36,161 nt of DNA, from assembly GCA_947456845.1 (NCBI GenBank), contig CANGUJ010000002.1, positions 1 to 36,161 on the forward strand, given 5' to 3'. This DNA comes from Burkholderiales bacterium. Its GTDB lineage: Bacteria; Pseudomonadota; Gammaproteobacteria; Burkholderiales; JAEUOS01. The translations under genes and the position numbers were made by a program. Numbering within the stretch: position 1 is the stretch's first letter; each line of letters begins with the position of its first letter. Shown here one piece after another: positions 8,907 to 17,834 of the stretch. The notes beneath the pieces are model-generated. The model worked only from the letters and a program-made list of their open reading frames with translations, was not told where the DNA came from and searched no databases.

Positions 8907-10435
8907 ACCTGCATTCGGCACTGGCGGCCGCGGCCACCCGCTGGCCGGCGCGTACCGCGCTGATCGACCCCGACGGCAGCGTGCGGTTGAGCTACGAGGC
9001 GCTGTTCGCCCGGGTGGCGCGCCTGGCAGCGGGGCTCGCCGGCCTGGGGCTGCGGCCCGGCGACCGGGTCGCCATGCTGGTGACGAACTCCTGGGAATAC
9101 GTCACCGCGTTCTTCGGCGCCAGCGCCGCTGGACTGATCATCGTGCCGATGAACATCCGCCTGCTTGAAGATGAACTCGCGCACATGGTGCGCGACTCCG
9201 GCGCGCGCCTGCTGATCATCCAGGAGTCGCTGCTGCTGGAGCGGCCCGCACTGGCGGCGATTCCCGAGCTCGGCATCGCGCTGGTGCGCGCCTCGGCCGG
9301 CGCGACCGCGCGGCGCTTCGAGTCCATCGACGCGGCACCGCTGCCGCTCGCCGCCACGCCGGGCGATGCGGTGGCCTCGCTGCTGTACACCAGCGGCACC
9401 ACAGGTGCGCCCAAGGGCGCGATGCTACCGCACGTTTCGTGGACCACGGTGTCCGACTATGTGCGCGAGTTCCTGCGCTACGGGGACGACGAAGTCACCT
9501 TGCATGGCGGGGCGCTGACGCACGGCTCCGGCTTCCTGATGCTGCCGACCTTTGCCTCCGGCGGCACCAACGTGGTGTGCGCACGTTTCGATCCGCCGCG
9601 GGTGCTCGACATGTTCTCCGCGCTGGGCATCACCAACGGTTTTCTGGTGCCGACGATGATCCAGATGCTGCTCGACCTGCCGCCGCCGGCGGACCGCAGC
9701 CGCTGGCGCCTGCGCAACCTGTACTACGCCGGCTCACCGATCGACCCCGCCACGCTGCGCGGCGCCCTGGAAACCTTCGGCCCGGTGCTCATCCAGTCGT
9801 TCGGCCAGACCGAGGCGCCGATGTTCCTCACCCTGCTCGACCATGCAGAACACCAGGCCATCGCAGCCCGGCCGCACCTGATCCGCTCCGCGGGCCGGGT
9901 GATCGCCGGCGTGGACGTGCGCATCGTCGACGACGATGACCGCGAGCTGCCGACCGGCGCGATCGGCGAGATCGTCGCACGCGGACCGCACGTCATGAAG
10001 GGCTACTGGAACCGCCCGGAAGCCAGCGCGGACACCCTGCGCGGCGGCTGGCTGCATACCGGCGATGTCGGGCGTTTCGATGATGAAGGCTATCTCTACA
10101 TCGTCGACCGCAAGAAGGACATGATCATCTCGGGCGGGTCCAACGTCTACGCGCGCGAGGTCGAGCAGGCCCTCCTGGGCATGCCGGGCGTACGCGAGGC
10201 GGCGGTGATCGGCCTGCCGCACCGCAAGTGGGGTGAGATGGTCACCGCGGTACTGGTGGCCAACGCATCCCCGCACCCAAGCGACGCCGAAATGGAGCAG
10301 TTTTGCCACCGCAACATTGCCGACTACCGACGGCCCAAGAAATTCATCTGGGTCGGCGACCTGCCGCGCAACGCCTACGGCAAGGTCTTGAAGCGCGAAT
10401 TGCGCAACCGCTACGCAGAGGCAGACCATGCATGA
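8903..10435 (+). CDS. AMP-dependent acyl-CoA synthetase/ligase (ANL superfamily)
   Basis: The GTG at 8903 overlaps the hydrolase stop (GTGA). AMP-binding motif LLYTSGTTGAPKGAML, plus ...GWLHTGDVGRFDDEGYLYIVDRKKDMI.... 510 aa. The upstream extension of ORF 8222..10435 overlaps the hydrolase and is rejected. Confidence 0.9.
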   Translation: MNLHSALAAAATRWPARTALIDPDGSVRLSYEALFARVARLAAGLAGLGLRPGDRVAMLVTNSWEYVTAFFGASAAGLIIVPMNIRLLEDELAHMVRDSGARLLIIQESLLLERPALAAIPELGIALVRASAGATARRFESIDAAPLPLAATPGDAVASLLYTSGTTGAPKGAMLPHVSWTTVSDYVREFLRYGDDEVTLHGGALTHGSGFLMLPTFASGGTNVVCARFDPPRVLDMFSALGITNGFLVPTMIQMLLDLPPPADRSRWRLRNLYYAGSPIDPATLRGALETFGPVLIQSFGQTEAPMFLTLLDHAEHQAIAARPHLIRSAGRVIAGVDVRIVDDDDRELPTGAIGEIVARGPHVMKGYWNRPEASADTLRGGWLHTGDVGRFDDEGYLYIVDRKKDMIISGGSNVYAREVEQALLGMPGVREAAVIGLPHRKWGEMVTAVLVANASPHPSDAEMEQFCHRNIADYRRPKKFIWVGDLPRNAYGKVLKRELRNRYAEADHA

Positions 10436-11465
10436 GGGCCTGAGCCGCCAGAACCGGCTGCCGGAACCCGCTCCGGCGCTTGCCGCCACCGTTGCCGCCG
10501 GGGTCGATATACCGGTGGTGGATGTGGGACCCATGCTGCGCGGCGAACCGGGCGCACTCGACCGCCTGGCCGCCGACGTGCGCCTGATCTCGGCGCGGCT
10601 GGGATTCATGTGCATCGTCAATCACGGCGTGCCGTGGTCGCTCGTCGAGGCCGCCGTCCTGCAGACGCGCAAGCTGTTCCATCTCCCCGAGGAAGAGCTT
10701 CTCAAGTCGCGCGCGCATTTCCATCACCAGGGCTACTGGCCCTCCGGCGTCGGGCGCAACGCCCGCACCTTCCAGAAGGAGGCCGCGCGCGCATCCTACG
10801 GCTCGGGCTGGGCCCTGTTCCGGGAACGCGCGGCCGACGACCGCGACGTGCTGGCCAACAAGCGCCACCGGGTGCGAAACCTGTGGCCCGACCCGGCGCT
10901 GCTGCCGGATTTCCGCGACCACATCCTGCAGTACCAGTCGGCCATGCTGGAACTGGGCCTCAAGATGGTGCGGGTGTACGCACGCGTGCTGGACCTGCCG
11001 GCCGGATTCTTCGATCGGGATTTCGCGCGGCCGGAATTCCACAACCGGCTCAACTACTACCCGCACCGCGAACCGGAGGAAGGCGTCATCGCCCAGTCGG
11101 CCCATTTCGACCACAGCTTCCTGACCCTGCTGCCGATGTCGCCGGTACCGGGCCTGCAGGTCAAGAAGCCGGGCGATGCGACCACCTGGATCGACGTTCG
11201 CTACGTGGACCGCGGCATCATCGTCAATACCGGCGAGTGGCTCAACCGGCTATCGAACCGGCGCATCATCCCGACACCGCACCGGGTAATGAATCCACCC
11301 GAGGAACGTGTCACCATACCCTTCTTTCTAAACGGTAGCGACGACATGGTCTGCAATGCGGTTCCCACCTGCATCGCGCCGGGCGAGACGCCCGCCTTCG
11401 AACCGGTCACGTTCCACGAATTCTTCGAGGCTTATCTTGAAGGCAGTTACAGGAATCGCCAATGA
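10428..11465 (+). CDS. 2-oxoglutarate/Fe(II)-dependent oxygenase (isopenicillin N synthase-like family)
   Basis: 345 aa. HxD...H facial triad candidates (SAHFDHS ... TPHRV) with RVTIPFF after the distal His. The start overlaps the ligase stop by 8 nt (ATGCATGA). Confidence 0.8.
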   Translation: MHEGLSRQNRLPEPAPALAATVAAGVDIPVVDVGPMLRGEPGALDRLAADVRLISARLGFMCIVNHGVPWSLVEAAVLQTRKLFHLPEEELLKSRAHFHHQGYWPSGVGRNARTFQKEAARASYGSGWALFRERAADDRDVLANKRHRVRNLWPDPALLPDFRDHILQYQSAMLELGLKMVRVYARVLDLPAGFFDRDFARPEFHNRLNYYPHREPEEGVIAQSAHFDHSFLTLLPMSPVPGLQVKKPGDATTWIDVRYVDRGIIVNTGEWLNRLSNRRIIPTPHRVMNPPEERVTIPFFLNGSDDMVCNAVPTCIAPGETPAFEPVTFHEFFEAYLEGSYRNRQ

Positions 11466-11614
11466 GACTGCCGGTACGGCCCGGGGTCCGTCACGCATGG
11501 CACCCACTGCGATGACTCCGCATGACCCGGTGGCGAAGGCGGCGCCATCGGCTTCACGGTCCGTGGATCGGCCGAACGCGCAGCCCGCTCTTGCCCCGAG
11601 GAGGAAACGCGATC

Positions 11615-12613
11615 TTGGGTAATGAAAACACGGCAAGCGCTTCCATCGGCCGCGCCCTGGCACTGTTCAGGACCATGTGTCTGATACGCGAGTTCGAAGA
11701 GCGCTGCGCCGAAGAAAAAGCCAGGGGCACCGTACCCGGCCTGGTCCACCAGAGCACGGGGCAGGAGGCAGTGCCCACCGGTATCTGCGCCCATCTACGG
11801 CGCGAGGACTACCTTTTCTCCAATCATCGCGGGCATGGGCACGCCATCGCCAAAGGGGCCGACCCGGCGGCGATGATGAAGGAGATTTTCGGCCGCCAGG
11901 GCGGCACCTGCGGCGGCAAGGGCGGTTCCATGCACATCGCCGATTTCTCGGTGGGCATGCTGGGCGCCAACGGCATCCTGGCCGACGGCCTGACGATGGC
12001 AGTAGGCGCCGCCCAGGCGGTCAGCCTGAAAGGCGAGAACCGGCTCGTGTGCTGCTTCGTGGGCGACGGCACCACCAACCGCGGGCCCTTCTTCGAAGCG
12101 CTCAACTGGGCGCAGGTCTTCAGGCTGCCGGTCCTGTTCGCCTGCGAAGACAACACCTACGCATCAACCACGCGCACCGACGAAGTGTTCGCCGGCCCCG
12201 GCGTCGTCGCGCGCGTCGCCTCCTTCGGCATCGAGGCCGCAAGCGTCGATGGCAATGACCTGGGCGCCGTCGACGCCGCGGCCGGCCGCCTGATCGCGCA
12301 GATCCGTAGCGGCGGCGGCCCGCGCTTCCTGCACGCACGCACCTACAGGATCCGCGGACACATATCGAGCGACCCGCTTAACTATCGCCGCGCGGGCGAA
12401 ACAGAAACGCACATGGCCACCGAACCGATCGCTCGGTATCAGAAATGGCTGATCGAAAACGGCGCGTCCGAAACCGATTGCAGTGCCATCAGGGCGGAGG
12501 CCCGCGCGTTGATCGAACGGGCGGTTGCCGAATCCATGGCCGCCCCGTTTCCGGACACCAATACGGCGTGGACCGATGTCCAGGATATCGGAGGTCCGCA
12601 GTGGAACGGGTAA
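11615..12613 (+). CDS. TPP-dependent 2-oxoacid/acetoin dehydrogenase E1 component, alpha subunit
   Basis: A TTG at 11615 is preceded by GGAGGA 8-9 nt upstream. TPP motif GDGTTNRGPFFEALNWAQVFRLPVLFACEDNTYA, and HRGHGH loop. 332 aa. The Arg-rich N-terminal extension of ORF 11522.. is rejected. Confidence 0.8.
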   Translation: MGNENTASASIGRALALFRTMCLIREFEERCAEEKARGTVPGLVHQSTGQEAVPTGICAHLRREDYLFSNHRGHGHAIAKGADPAAMMKEIFGRQGGTCGGKGGSMHIADFSVGMLGANGILADGLTMAVGAAQAVSLKGENRLVCCFVGDGTTNRGPFFEALNWAQVFRLPVLFACEDNTYASTTRTDEVFAGPGVVARVASFGIEAASVDGNDLGAVDAAAGRLIAQIRSGGGPRFLHARTYRIRGHISSDPLNYRRAGETETHMATEPIARYQKWLIENGASETDCSAIRAEARALIERAVAESMAAPFPDTNTAWTDVQDIGGPQWNG

Positions 12614-13611
12614 GCTATGCGGAGGCCGTGCGCCGCGGTCTGGCGGAAGAAATGCGCCGCGACCCTCTGGTGTGGGCGCTTGGGGAAGACCTTTCGCGCG
12701 CCCACGGCAGCACCTCGAGCACCCAATACTGCGGCCTGATCGACGAGTTCGGTCCGAAACGCGTCGTCGACACGCCGATTTCGGAGTCGACGATCATGGG
12801 CGCCGCGGTCGGCGCGGCACTTGCGGGCACGCGCCCGGTTGCGGAACTCCGCAACGTGGACTTCGGCCTGTGCGCCATTGACGAACTGGTCAACCAGGCC
12901 GCGAAAATCCGCTACATGTTCGGCGGCCAGGCGCGCGTGCCCCTGGTAACACGCCAAGGTCTCGGTTTGAAGCGCTCGCTCGGTTCACAGCACACCCAAT
13001 CCAACGAGGTCTGGTTCGTGCACACGCCCGGACTTGTGGTCGTGGCGCCTGCAACCCCCGGCGATGGCCGCGGGTTGCTCAAGGCTTCGATCAGGTGCGA
13101 CGACCCGGTGGTTTTTCTTGAGCACAAGGAATTGTGGGCTACGGAAGGTGACGTGGATTTCTCGGATGACGGCATCGTTCCTCTGGGCCGCGCCCGGACG
13201 GTCACGTCGGGTACCGACTTGACCCTGGTGGTCTGGTCAAGAATGGCAATCGTCGCCGAGCATGCCGCCACACAACTCTCCGCCCTGGGCGTTTCGGCGG
13301 AAGTGATCGACTTGCGGACCCTGTGGCCCTGGGACCGGGAAGCAGTCTTCCGGTCCGTAAGAAAAACCGGTCGGCTGCTGGTTGCGCAGGAATCCGTGCT
13401 CGTCGGCGGATTCGCCAACGAGGTCGCCGCCGAAGTTTCGGAGCGCCTCCACAACACACTGGTCGCGCCGGTCAGGCGGCTCGGCGCCCCGCGCATACCC
13501 ATGCCATACTCCCCGCCCCTGGAGGACGAATGCAGGATTGAATGCCGGCATGTCGTCGAGGCGGCGCTCTCCCTGGTTCAGAACGATCGATCGAGAAAGG
13601 AAACCACATGA
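12601..13611 (+). CDS. 2-oxoacid/acetoin dehydrogenase E1 component, beta subunit (transketolase-like)
   Basis: A GTG at 12601 lies 7 nt after GGAGG and overlaps the alpha subunit by 13 nt. Contains GEDL...VVDTPISESTIMGAAVGAALAGTRPVAEL. 336 aa. Confidence 0.8.
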   Translation: MERVSYAEAVRRGLAEEMRRDPLVWALGEDLSRAHGSTSSTQYCGLIDEFGPKRVVDTPISESTIMGAAVGAALAGTRPVAELRNVDFGLCAIDELVNQAAKIRYMFGGQARVPLVTRQGLGLKRSLGSQHTQSNEVWFVHTPGLVVVAPATPGDGRGLLKASIRCDDPVVFLEHKELWATEGDVDFSDDGIVPLGRARTVTSGTDLTLVVWSRMAIVAEHAATQLSALGVSAEVIDLRTLWPWDREAVFRSVRKTGRLLVAQESVLVGGFANEVAAEVSERLHNTLVAPVRRLGAPRIPMPYSPPLEDECRIECRHVVEAALSLVQNDRSRKETT

Positions 13612-14660
13612 AATTCGGACTCTTCGGCGGCGCCACTTCCCATGGCAGCAACGTCGCCATCGACAGCGGCCAGGATTATCGGCGCTATATCGACTACATC
13701 TGCGAGGCCGAACGCCTCGGCTTCCACAGCGTGTTCATGGTCGAGCACCATTTCACCGGCTTCAACCAGGTTTCCGCATCCCTGACCTTCCTGGCCTATC
13801 TGGCCGCGCGTACCTCGAAGATTCGCCTGGGCACCGGCGTGACCGTGCTGCCCTGGCACAACCCGGCGTTGCTGGCCGAACAAGCCGCGACCGTGGACAT
13901 GCTGTCGAACGGGCGCCTCGATTTCGGCGTCGGCCGCGGCTACCGCTATGCGGAGTTTTCCGGCTTCTGCATCCCGATGAGCGAAGCCCAGGAGCGTTAT
14001 GACGAGGCGCTGGACGTGATCCGCAAGGCATGGACGTCATCCGGCCGATTTTCCCATCATGGCAAGCACTGGCATTACGATAACGTAGTCATCGAGCCCG
14101 CGCCTACGCAGTCGCCGCATCCACCCTTCTGGGTGGGCGCCGGCAACCTCGACGTCATCCGTACGGTGGCGCGCGAAGGCATCAAGGTATTGCTCGACCA
14201 GTTGTCGGTACCCGAGGTGTGCGGCCAGCGCCTGGCGGCCTACCGCGAGGCGGTCGAAGGCCAGGGACGCGTGTTCAATCCGCTGGACGTGGGCCTTACC
14301 CGCGGCCTGCACATTGCGATGAACGCCGCCGAACGGGACCATCAGCATGCCCTGCGCGCGCAATTCCTGGATCATGTGCGGCGCCTGACGGTCAATCCGA
14401 ATGCGGCCGCCGGAACGCTCGCCATGGCCGCCACCGGCAGCAGTCCGCGCGAAGCCACTGAAAAGACTACCCTGATCGGCACGCCGGACGAAATCATCGG
14501 GCGGCTCAAGGTGCTGGAGGCCCAGGGCATCGAATACGTGCTGCTGATGGATCTGGAGGGCTCGCTCGATTCTCTGCGCACGTTTGCGCGCGAAGTGATG
14601 CCGGAGTTCAGCGGCACCGCGCGGGAGACGAGAGCGGAGACCCAACTCGCGGCCGCCTGA
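13608..14660 (+). CDS. LLM-class (luciferase-like) flavin-dependent monooxygenase/oxidoreductase
   Basis: The ATG at 13608 overlaps the E1-beta stop (ATGA), with GAAAGGAAA upstream. The N-terminus MKFGLFGG...GFHSVFMVEHHFTGF...LGTGVTVLPWHNP is typical of bacterial luciferase-like proteins. 350 aa. Confidence 0.85.
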   Translation: MKFGLFGGATSHGSNVAIDSGQDYRRYIDYICEAERLGFHSVFMVEHHFTGFNQVSASLTFLAYLAARTSKIRLGTGVTVLPWHNPALLAEQAATVDMLSNGRLDFGVGRGYRYAEFSGFCIPMSEAQERYDEALDVIRKAWTSSGRFSHHGKHWHYDNVVIEPAPTQSPHPPFWVGAGNLDVIRTVAREGIKVLLDQLSVPEVCGQRLAAYREAVEGQGRVFNPLDVGLTRGLHIAMNAAERDHQHALRAQFLDHVRRLTVNPNAAAGTLAMAATGSSPREATEKTTLIGTPDEIIGRLKVLEAQGIEYVLLMDLEGSLDSLRTFAREVMPEFSGTARETRAETQLAAA

Positions 14661-14694
14661 TTGATCGGCCCTGCCTGATTGATCGGTGTCGCCG

Positions 14695-14715
14695 CCGGCG
14701 GCATGATGCCGCCGG
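14695..14715. terminator. GC-rich hairpin between convergent operons (candidate bidirectional terminator)
   Basis: CCGGCGGCAT-G-ATGCCGCCGG has perfect 10-nt arms. It sits between the LLM stop (14660) and the DUF4340 stop (14743). There is no clear U-tract, so factor-independent termination is uncertain. Confidence 0.4.
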
Positions 14716-14742
14716 GCAGCGCACGACGACAGGAAGCGCACC

Positions 14743-15900
14743 CTACCTCTTGGCGCCCTTCCTGTCGTCCTTGCTGTAGTCCTTCCTGTCGTCCTTTTGC
14801 TCGACCTTGAGCATGTCGGAACGCTTCTTGATCACATCGTCGAGCTTGCCCCTGGGCACCAGGACTGTAAAGGTGGCCAGCGCCTTTTCGCGCGCCACGC
14901 GGTCCGTAAGGCGCTTGGCTTCCTCAGCCTCGGCCTTTTCGCGCTTGGCCTTGTCCTCGGGCTTCTCATCGACCGGCGCCTGCTTGGCGGCGCGCGCGGG
15001 CGTACCCTCGACCACCAGTTGCGCGAAAGTGCGGTCCTTGTCCTGCTTACCGAACTTCATGCGGTACTCGAGGCCGTCGAAGGTGGCCACGGTCAGCTGT
15101 GCCCCGCCGTCCAAGCCGGCATCGGCATCCTTCGCCGCTACGTCCGCGACTTCCACCTTGGCCAGCGCATAAGTGGCGCCGTTGGCCTTGTTCTGGTCGA
15201 GTTCGCCCCCCTTGCCGTCGAGCACCCATGCCGCATCCATGTGCTCGCGGGCAATCCTGTAGCCGTCGCCGGCGGTCTTCACCTCGATGGACTTGATGTT
15301 CTCGATGGCAACGCCTTCCCGCGAGACCCATTCCGCGACCGCGGTCGTGGCCTGCTTGAGCGGGTCCGACACCACGATCACGCGCGCCGGGTCGGCAGGC
15401 AGCATGACGAAGCGGCCGTCACCCGGGGCCCGGCCGGCATCGCCTTCGGGCTGGGTCTTGAAGTACTTCTTGCCCACCAGGAGTTCGGCCAGCACCTTGC
15501 CGTCTGCGGCCTTGAGGGTCAGGACCGTGGCCGCGCCGTCGCCCTTGCCGGGTGGAGCGAGTTGCATGCGCGGCCGCTCCTTCTCGCCGATGGGCTCGGT
15601 CTGGCCGGTCTTGAGTTCCAGCACCTTGACCACCAGCTCGCTGACCTTTTCGATGTCGGCAGCAAACCCGCCCGCCTCGGCGATGGTCCAGCGGCCGTCC
15701 TTCTTTTCCAGGTTGATGCTCCCCTTGGGGTCGGCTACGGTCAGGCGCGCGACCTCGGCCGCCTTCAGTTGCGGGAAAAGCGGCTGTCCCAGGGCGGCGG
15801 CGTTCGAAGAAGACTTGCCTTCGCCGCTCAGCAGGTAGAGGGCGCCTGCGCCGGCCGCGACGGCCAGCGCGATCAGGATGATGACGACACGGTTGGCCAT
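14743..15900 (-). CDS. DUF4340-like membrane-anchored protein (last gene of GldG-type ABC operon)
   Basis: 385 aa. N-terminal anchor MANRVVIILIALAVAAGAGALYLL, and a Lys/Glu/Asp-rich C-terminal tail. Sits 4 nt downstream of the GldG-like gene. The domain call is by recollection of this conserved gene order. Confidence 0.7.
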   Translation of the reverse strand: MANRVVIILIALAVAAGAGALYLLSGEGKSSSNAAALGQPLFPQLKAAEVARLTVADPKGSINLEKKDGRWTIAEAGGFAADIEKVSELVVKVLELKTGQTEPIGEKERPRMQLAPPGKGDGAATVLTLKAADGKVLAELLVGKKYFKTQPEGDAGRAPGDGRFVMLPADPARVIVVSDPLKQATTAVAEWVSREGVAIENIKSIEVKTAGDGYRIAREHMDAAWVLDGKGGELDQNKANGATYALAKVEVADVAAKDADAGLDGGAQLTVATFDGLEYRMKFGKQDKDRTFAQLVVEGTPARAAKQAPVDEKPEDKAKREKAEAEEAKRLTDRVAREKALATFTVLVPRGKLDDVIKKRSDMLKVEQKDDRKDYSKDDRKGAKR

Positions 15901-15904
15901 GACG

Positions 15905-17821
15905 TCACGCTCCCGTGGCGGCAGGCGCCGCTTCGGCCGCCTTGGGGCGGGCGGTGGCGCGGCGCTGGCGGGCGATCGCCATGCCGATGCCGAACAGGGC
16001 CACCAGCACGGGCACGACGACGATGTTGGCGACCTTGGTCCAGAACTGCAGCGCCTCGGCGTCCTGCCTCAAGTCTTTGCGCAGTTCCTTCAACTCCTTA
16101 CGGGTGGACAGCACGCGCTTCTTGAAGTTGTCGAGCTCGGCCTGCTGCTCGGGGGTGAGGATCTGCGCCGACTTGGCGTCGCCGCTGGGCCGCTGCAGCT
16201 TCTGCATTTTCTCGGTGGTCTGCTGCAGGTCGTCTTCCATCGATTTGATCTTGCCGAAGTACTGCTTCTGCGCGTTGGTCTCCATCTCGCGAACCACGGT
16301 GAGCGGGCGGAAGATCGAGGTGCGGGTGCGCAGTGTCGACAGATCATCCCCGGCGGCAGCCTGCTCGACCAGCCCCTGCGCGAAGGCAAGGTTGCCGTTC
16401 GACGGCACCACGACGCGCTGGCCGAAGATGTTCTGGATCTCGACGGCGGCCCCGTCGGCGAGCATGTCGGCATCGGCCACGATCACCACCGAATTCTCGG
16501 CCGCGCCCTCCTTGAGCTGCGCGGGCTCGGGCGCCTTCTTGGCGTCCTTGCCGTCATCCCGCCGCGGCATCCCTTCAGGCACCCCTTCCGGGAAGGCGGT
16601 CTTGAACTTGCCGGTCAGGCGCGCCGCCAGGGGCAGGCTCTTGTTGGTGGGCACGAAGCCCTTCATCGCGGTGTCGCCCGACAGCGAGGCGACGATGCCG
16701 TCGACGAACATGTTGTTGGGCGAGGAGCGCATCAGTTCGCTCACCGCGAGGCCCGCCGCAGGCTTGATGTCGAACGCCCCGGAGAACGCCAGCAGCACGG
16801 TCTCGATCTGGCTGGTAGCCACGTCATCACGGTTCATCGCGGTGCGGTTGAGGGTGAGGATGGTGGGCGTGAGCCGCTGTCCCGATCCCGAGGCGTAGGT
16901 CACGTCCGCGAGCGCCTTGCCAAGCTCCATGTTCACACCCCAGGCCTTGAACAGGCGCGGCAGCGTGGACTGGCCGGGCTGGCCCTGGGCCATCGGCATC
17001 ATCGGGTTGGGCTGCTGGTCGAAATACATGTGCGGATCGACGAAGGCGATCAGCTTGCCGCCGCGCAGGACGAACTGGTCGAGCGCGTATTCGGTGCGCT
17101 CGGAGATGTCGCGCGGATGGATCAGGAGCAGGGTCTTGATCGCCGGATCGATGGTCTCGGCACTGATCGGGATGTTCTTCACCTCGAAATCGCGCTTCAA
17201 CTCGCCGGCCAGCACCCAAGGCTCGGTGGGCTGGCGCGACATCATGTTCATCGGTGCGCCCATCACCGGCACCGCGCTCATCAGGCCGATGACCGGGCGC
17301 TCGGTGTTGGCCACACGGGCCACGGCGCGGATCAGGTCATACTCGAGCAGGCGCTCACGCTGCGGGTTGATGCCGGCGATAGCTTCCTTGCGGTCCAGGC
17401 GCGAGACCGTCAGGCCCATGTAGAACTGTTCGCCGGTGGTCAGCGTCTGCGGCTCGATGCCGTCGAGCTGCGCCGCGTCTTCCTCATCGGAATCCGGCTT
17501 GGGGTTGTATTTCTCGATGATGATGTTGCCGCCGCTGGCCGCCTTGAACTCGCGCAGGAGGTCGTCCACGCGCTGGGCGAAGCTCTTCAGTTGCACCGGC
17601 ATGGCGTTGTCGCCCTGCGAGATGTACAGGCGCACTTTGACCGGGCCATCGAGCTTGCCGAGGATCTTTTTCGTGCCCTCGGAGAGCGTGAACAACCTGC
17701 CGTCGGTCAGGTCGGCGCGCACCGCCACCCGCGAGGCGAGGAAGTTGCCGGCCACGAGAAGCAGGAACAGGGCGATCAGCCCGGCCGCGGAATACAGAAG
17801 AGTGGATGTCTTGTTGTTCAT
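15905..17821 (-). CDS. GldG-like ABC transporter auxiliary component (ABC-type uncharacterized transport system)
   Basis: 638 aa. N-terminal TM helix (LLYSAAGLIALFLLLVAGNFL), a large soluble domain, a C-terminal coiled-coil segment (...MEDDLQQTTEKMQKLQ...ELKELRKDLRQDAEALQFW) and a terminal TM helix (VANIVVVPVLVALFGIGMAIA). This is the architecture of GldG-family proteins. Confidence 0.75.
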   Translation of the reverse strand: MNNKTSTLLYSAAGLIALFLLLVAGNFLASRVAVRADLTDGRLFTLSEGTKKILGKLDGPVKVRLYISQGDNAMPVQLKSFAQRVDDLLREFKAASGGNIIIEKYNPKPDSDEEDAAQLDGIEPQTLTTGEQFYMGLTVSRLDRKEAIAGINPQRERLLEYDLIRAVARVANTERPVIGLMSAVPVMGAPMNMMSRQPTEPWVLAGELKRDFEVKNIPISAETIDPAIKTLLLIHPRDISERTEYALDQFVLRGGKLIAFVDPHMYFDQQPNPMMPMAQGQPGQSTLPRLFKAWGVNMELGKALADVTYASGSGQRLTPTILTLNRTAMNRDDVATSQIETVLLAFSGAFDIKPAAGLAVSELMRSSPNNMFVDGIVASLSGDTAMKGFVPTNKSLPLAARLTGKFKTAFPEGVPEGMPRRDDGKDAKKAPEPAQLKEGAAENSVVIVADADMLADGAAVEIQNIFGQRVVVPSNGNLAFAQGLVEQAAAGDDLSTLRTRTSIFRPLTVVREMETNAQKQYFGKIKSMEDDLQQTTEKMQKLQRPSGDAKSAQILTPEQQAELDNFKKRVLSTRKELKELRKDLRQDAEALQFWTKVANIVVVPVLVALFGIGMAIARQRRATARPKAAEAAPAATGA

Positions 17822-17834
17822 GATGCCCGGTTCC

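Noticed and set aside
11492-11512. TGGCAC sequence in the 149-nt gap before E1-alpha, considered as a sigma54 -24 element
   Set aside because: The downstream GC dinucleotide is two positions too close (TGGCACCCACTGCG) and no TTGC -12 box is present. It does not fit the GG-N10-GC spacing.
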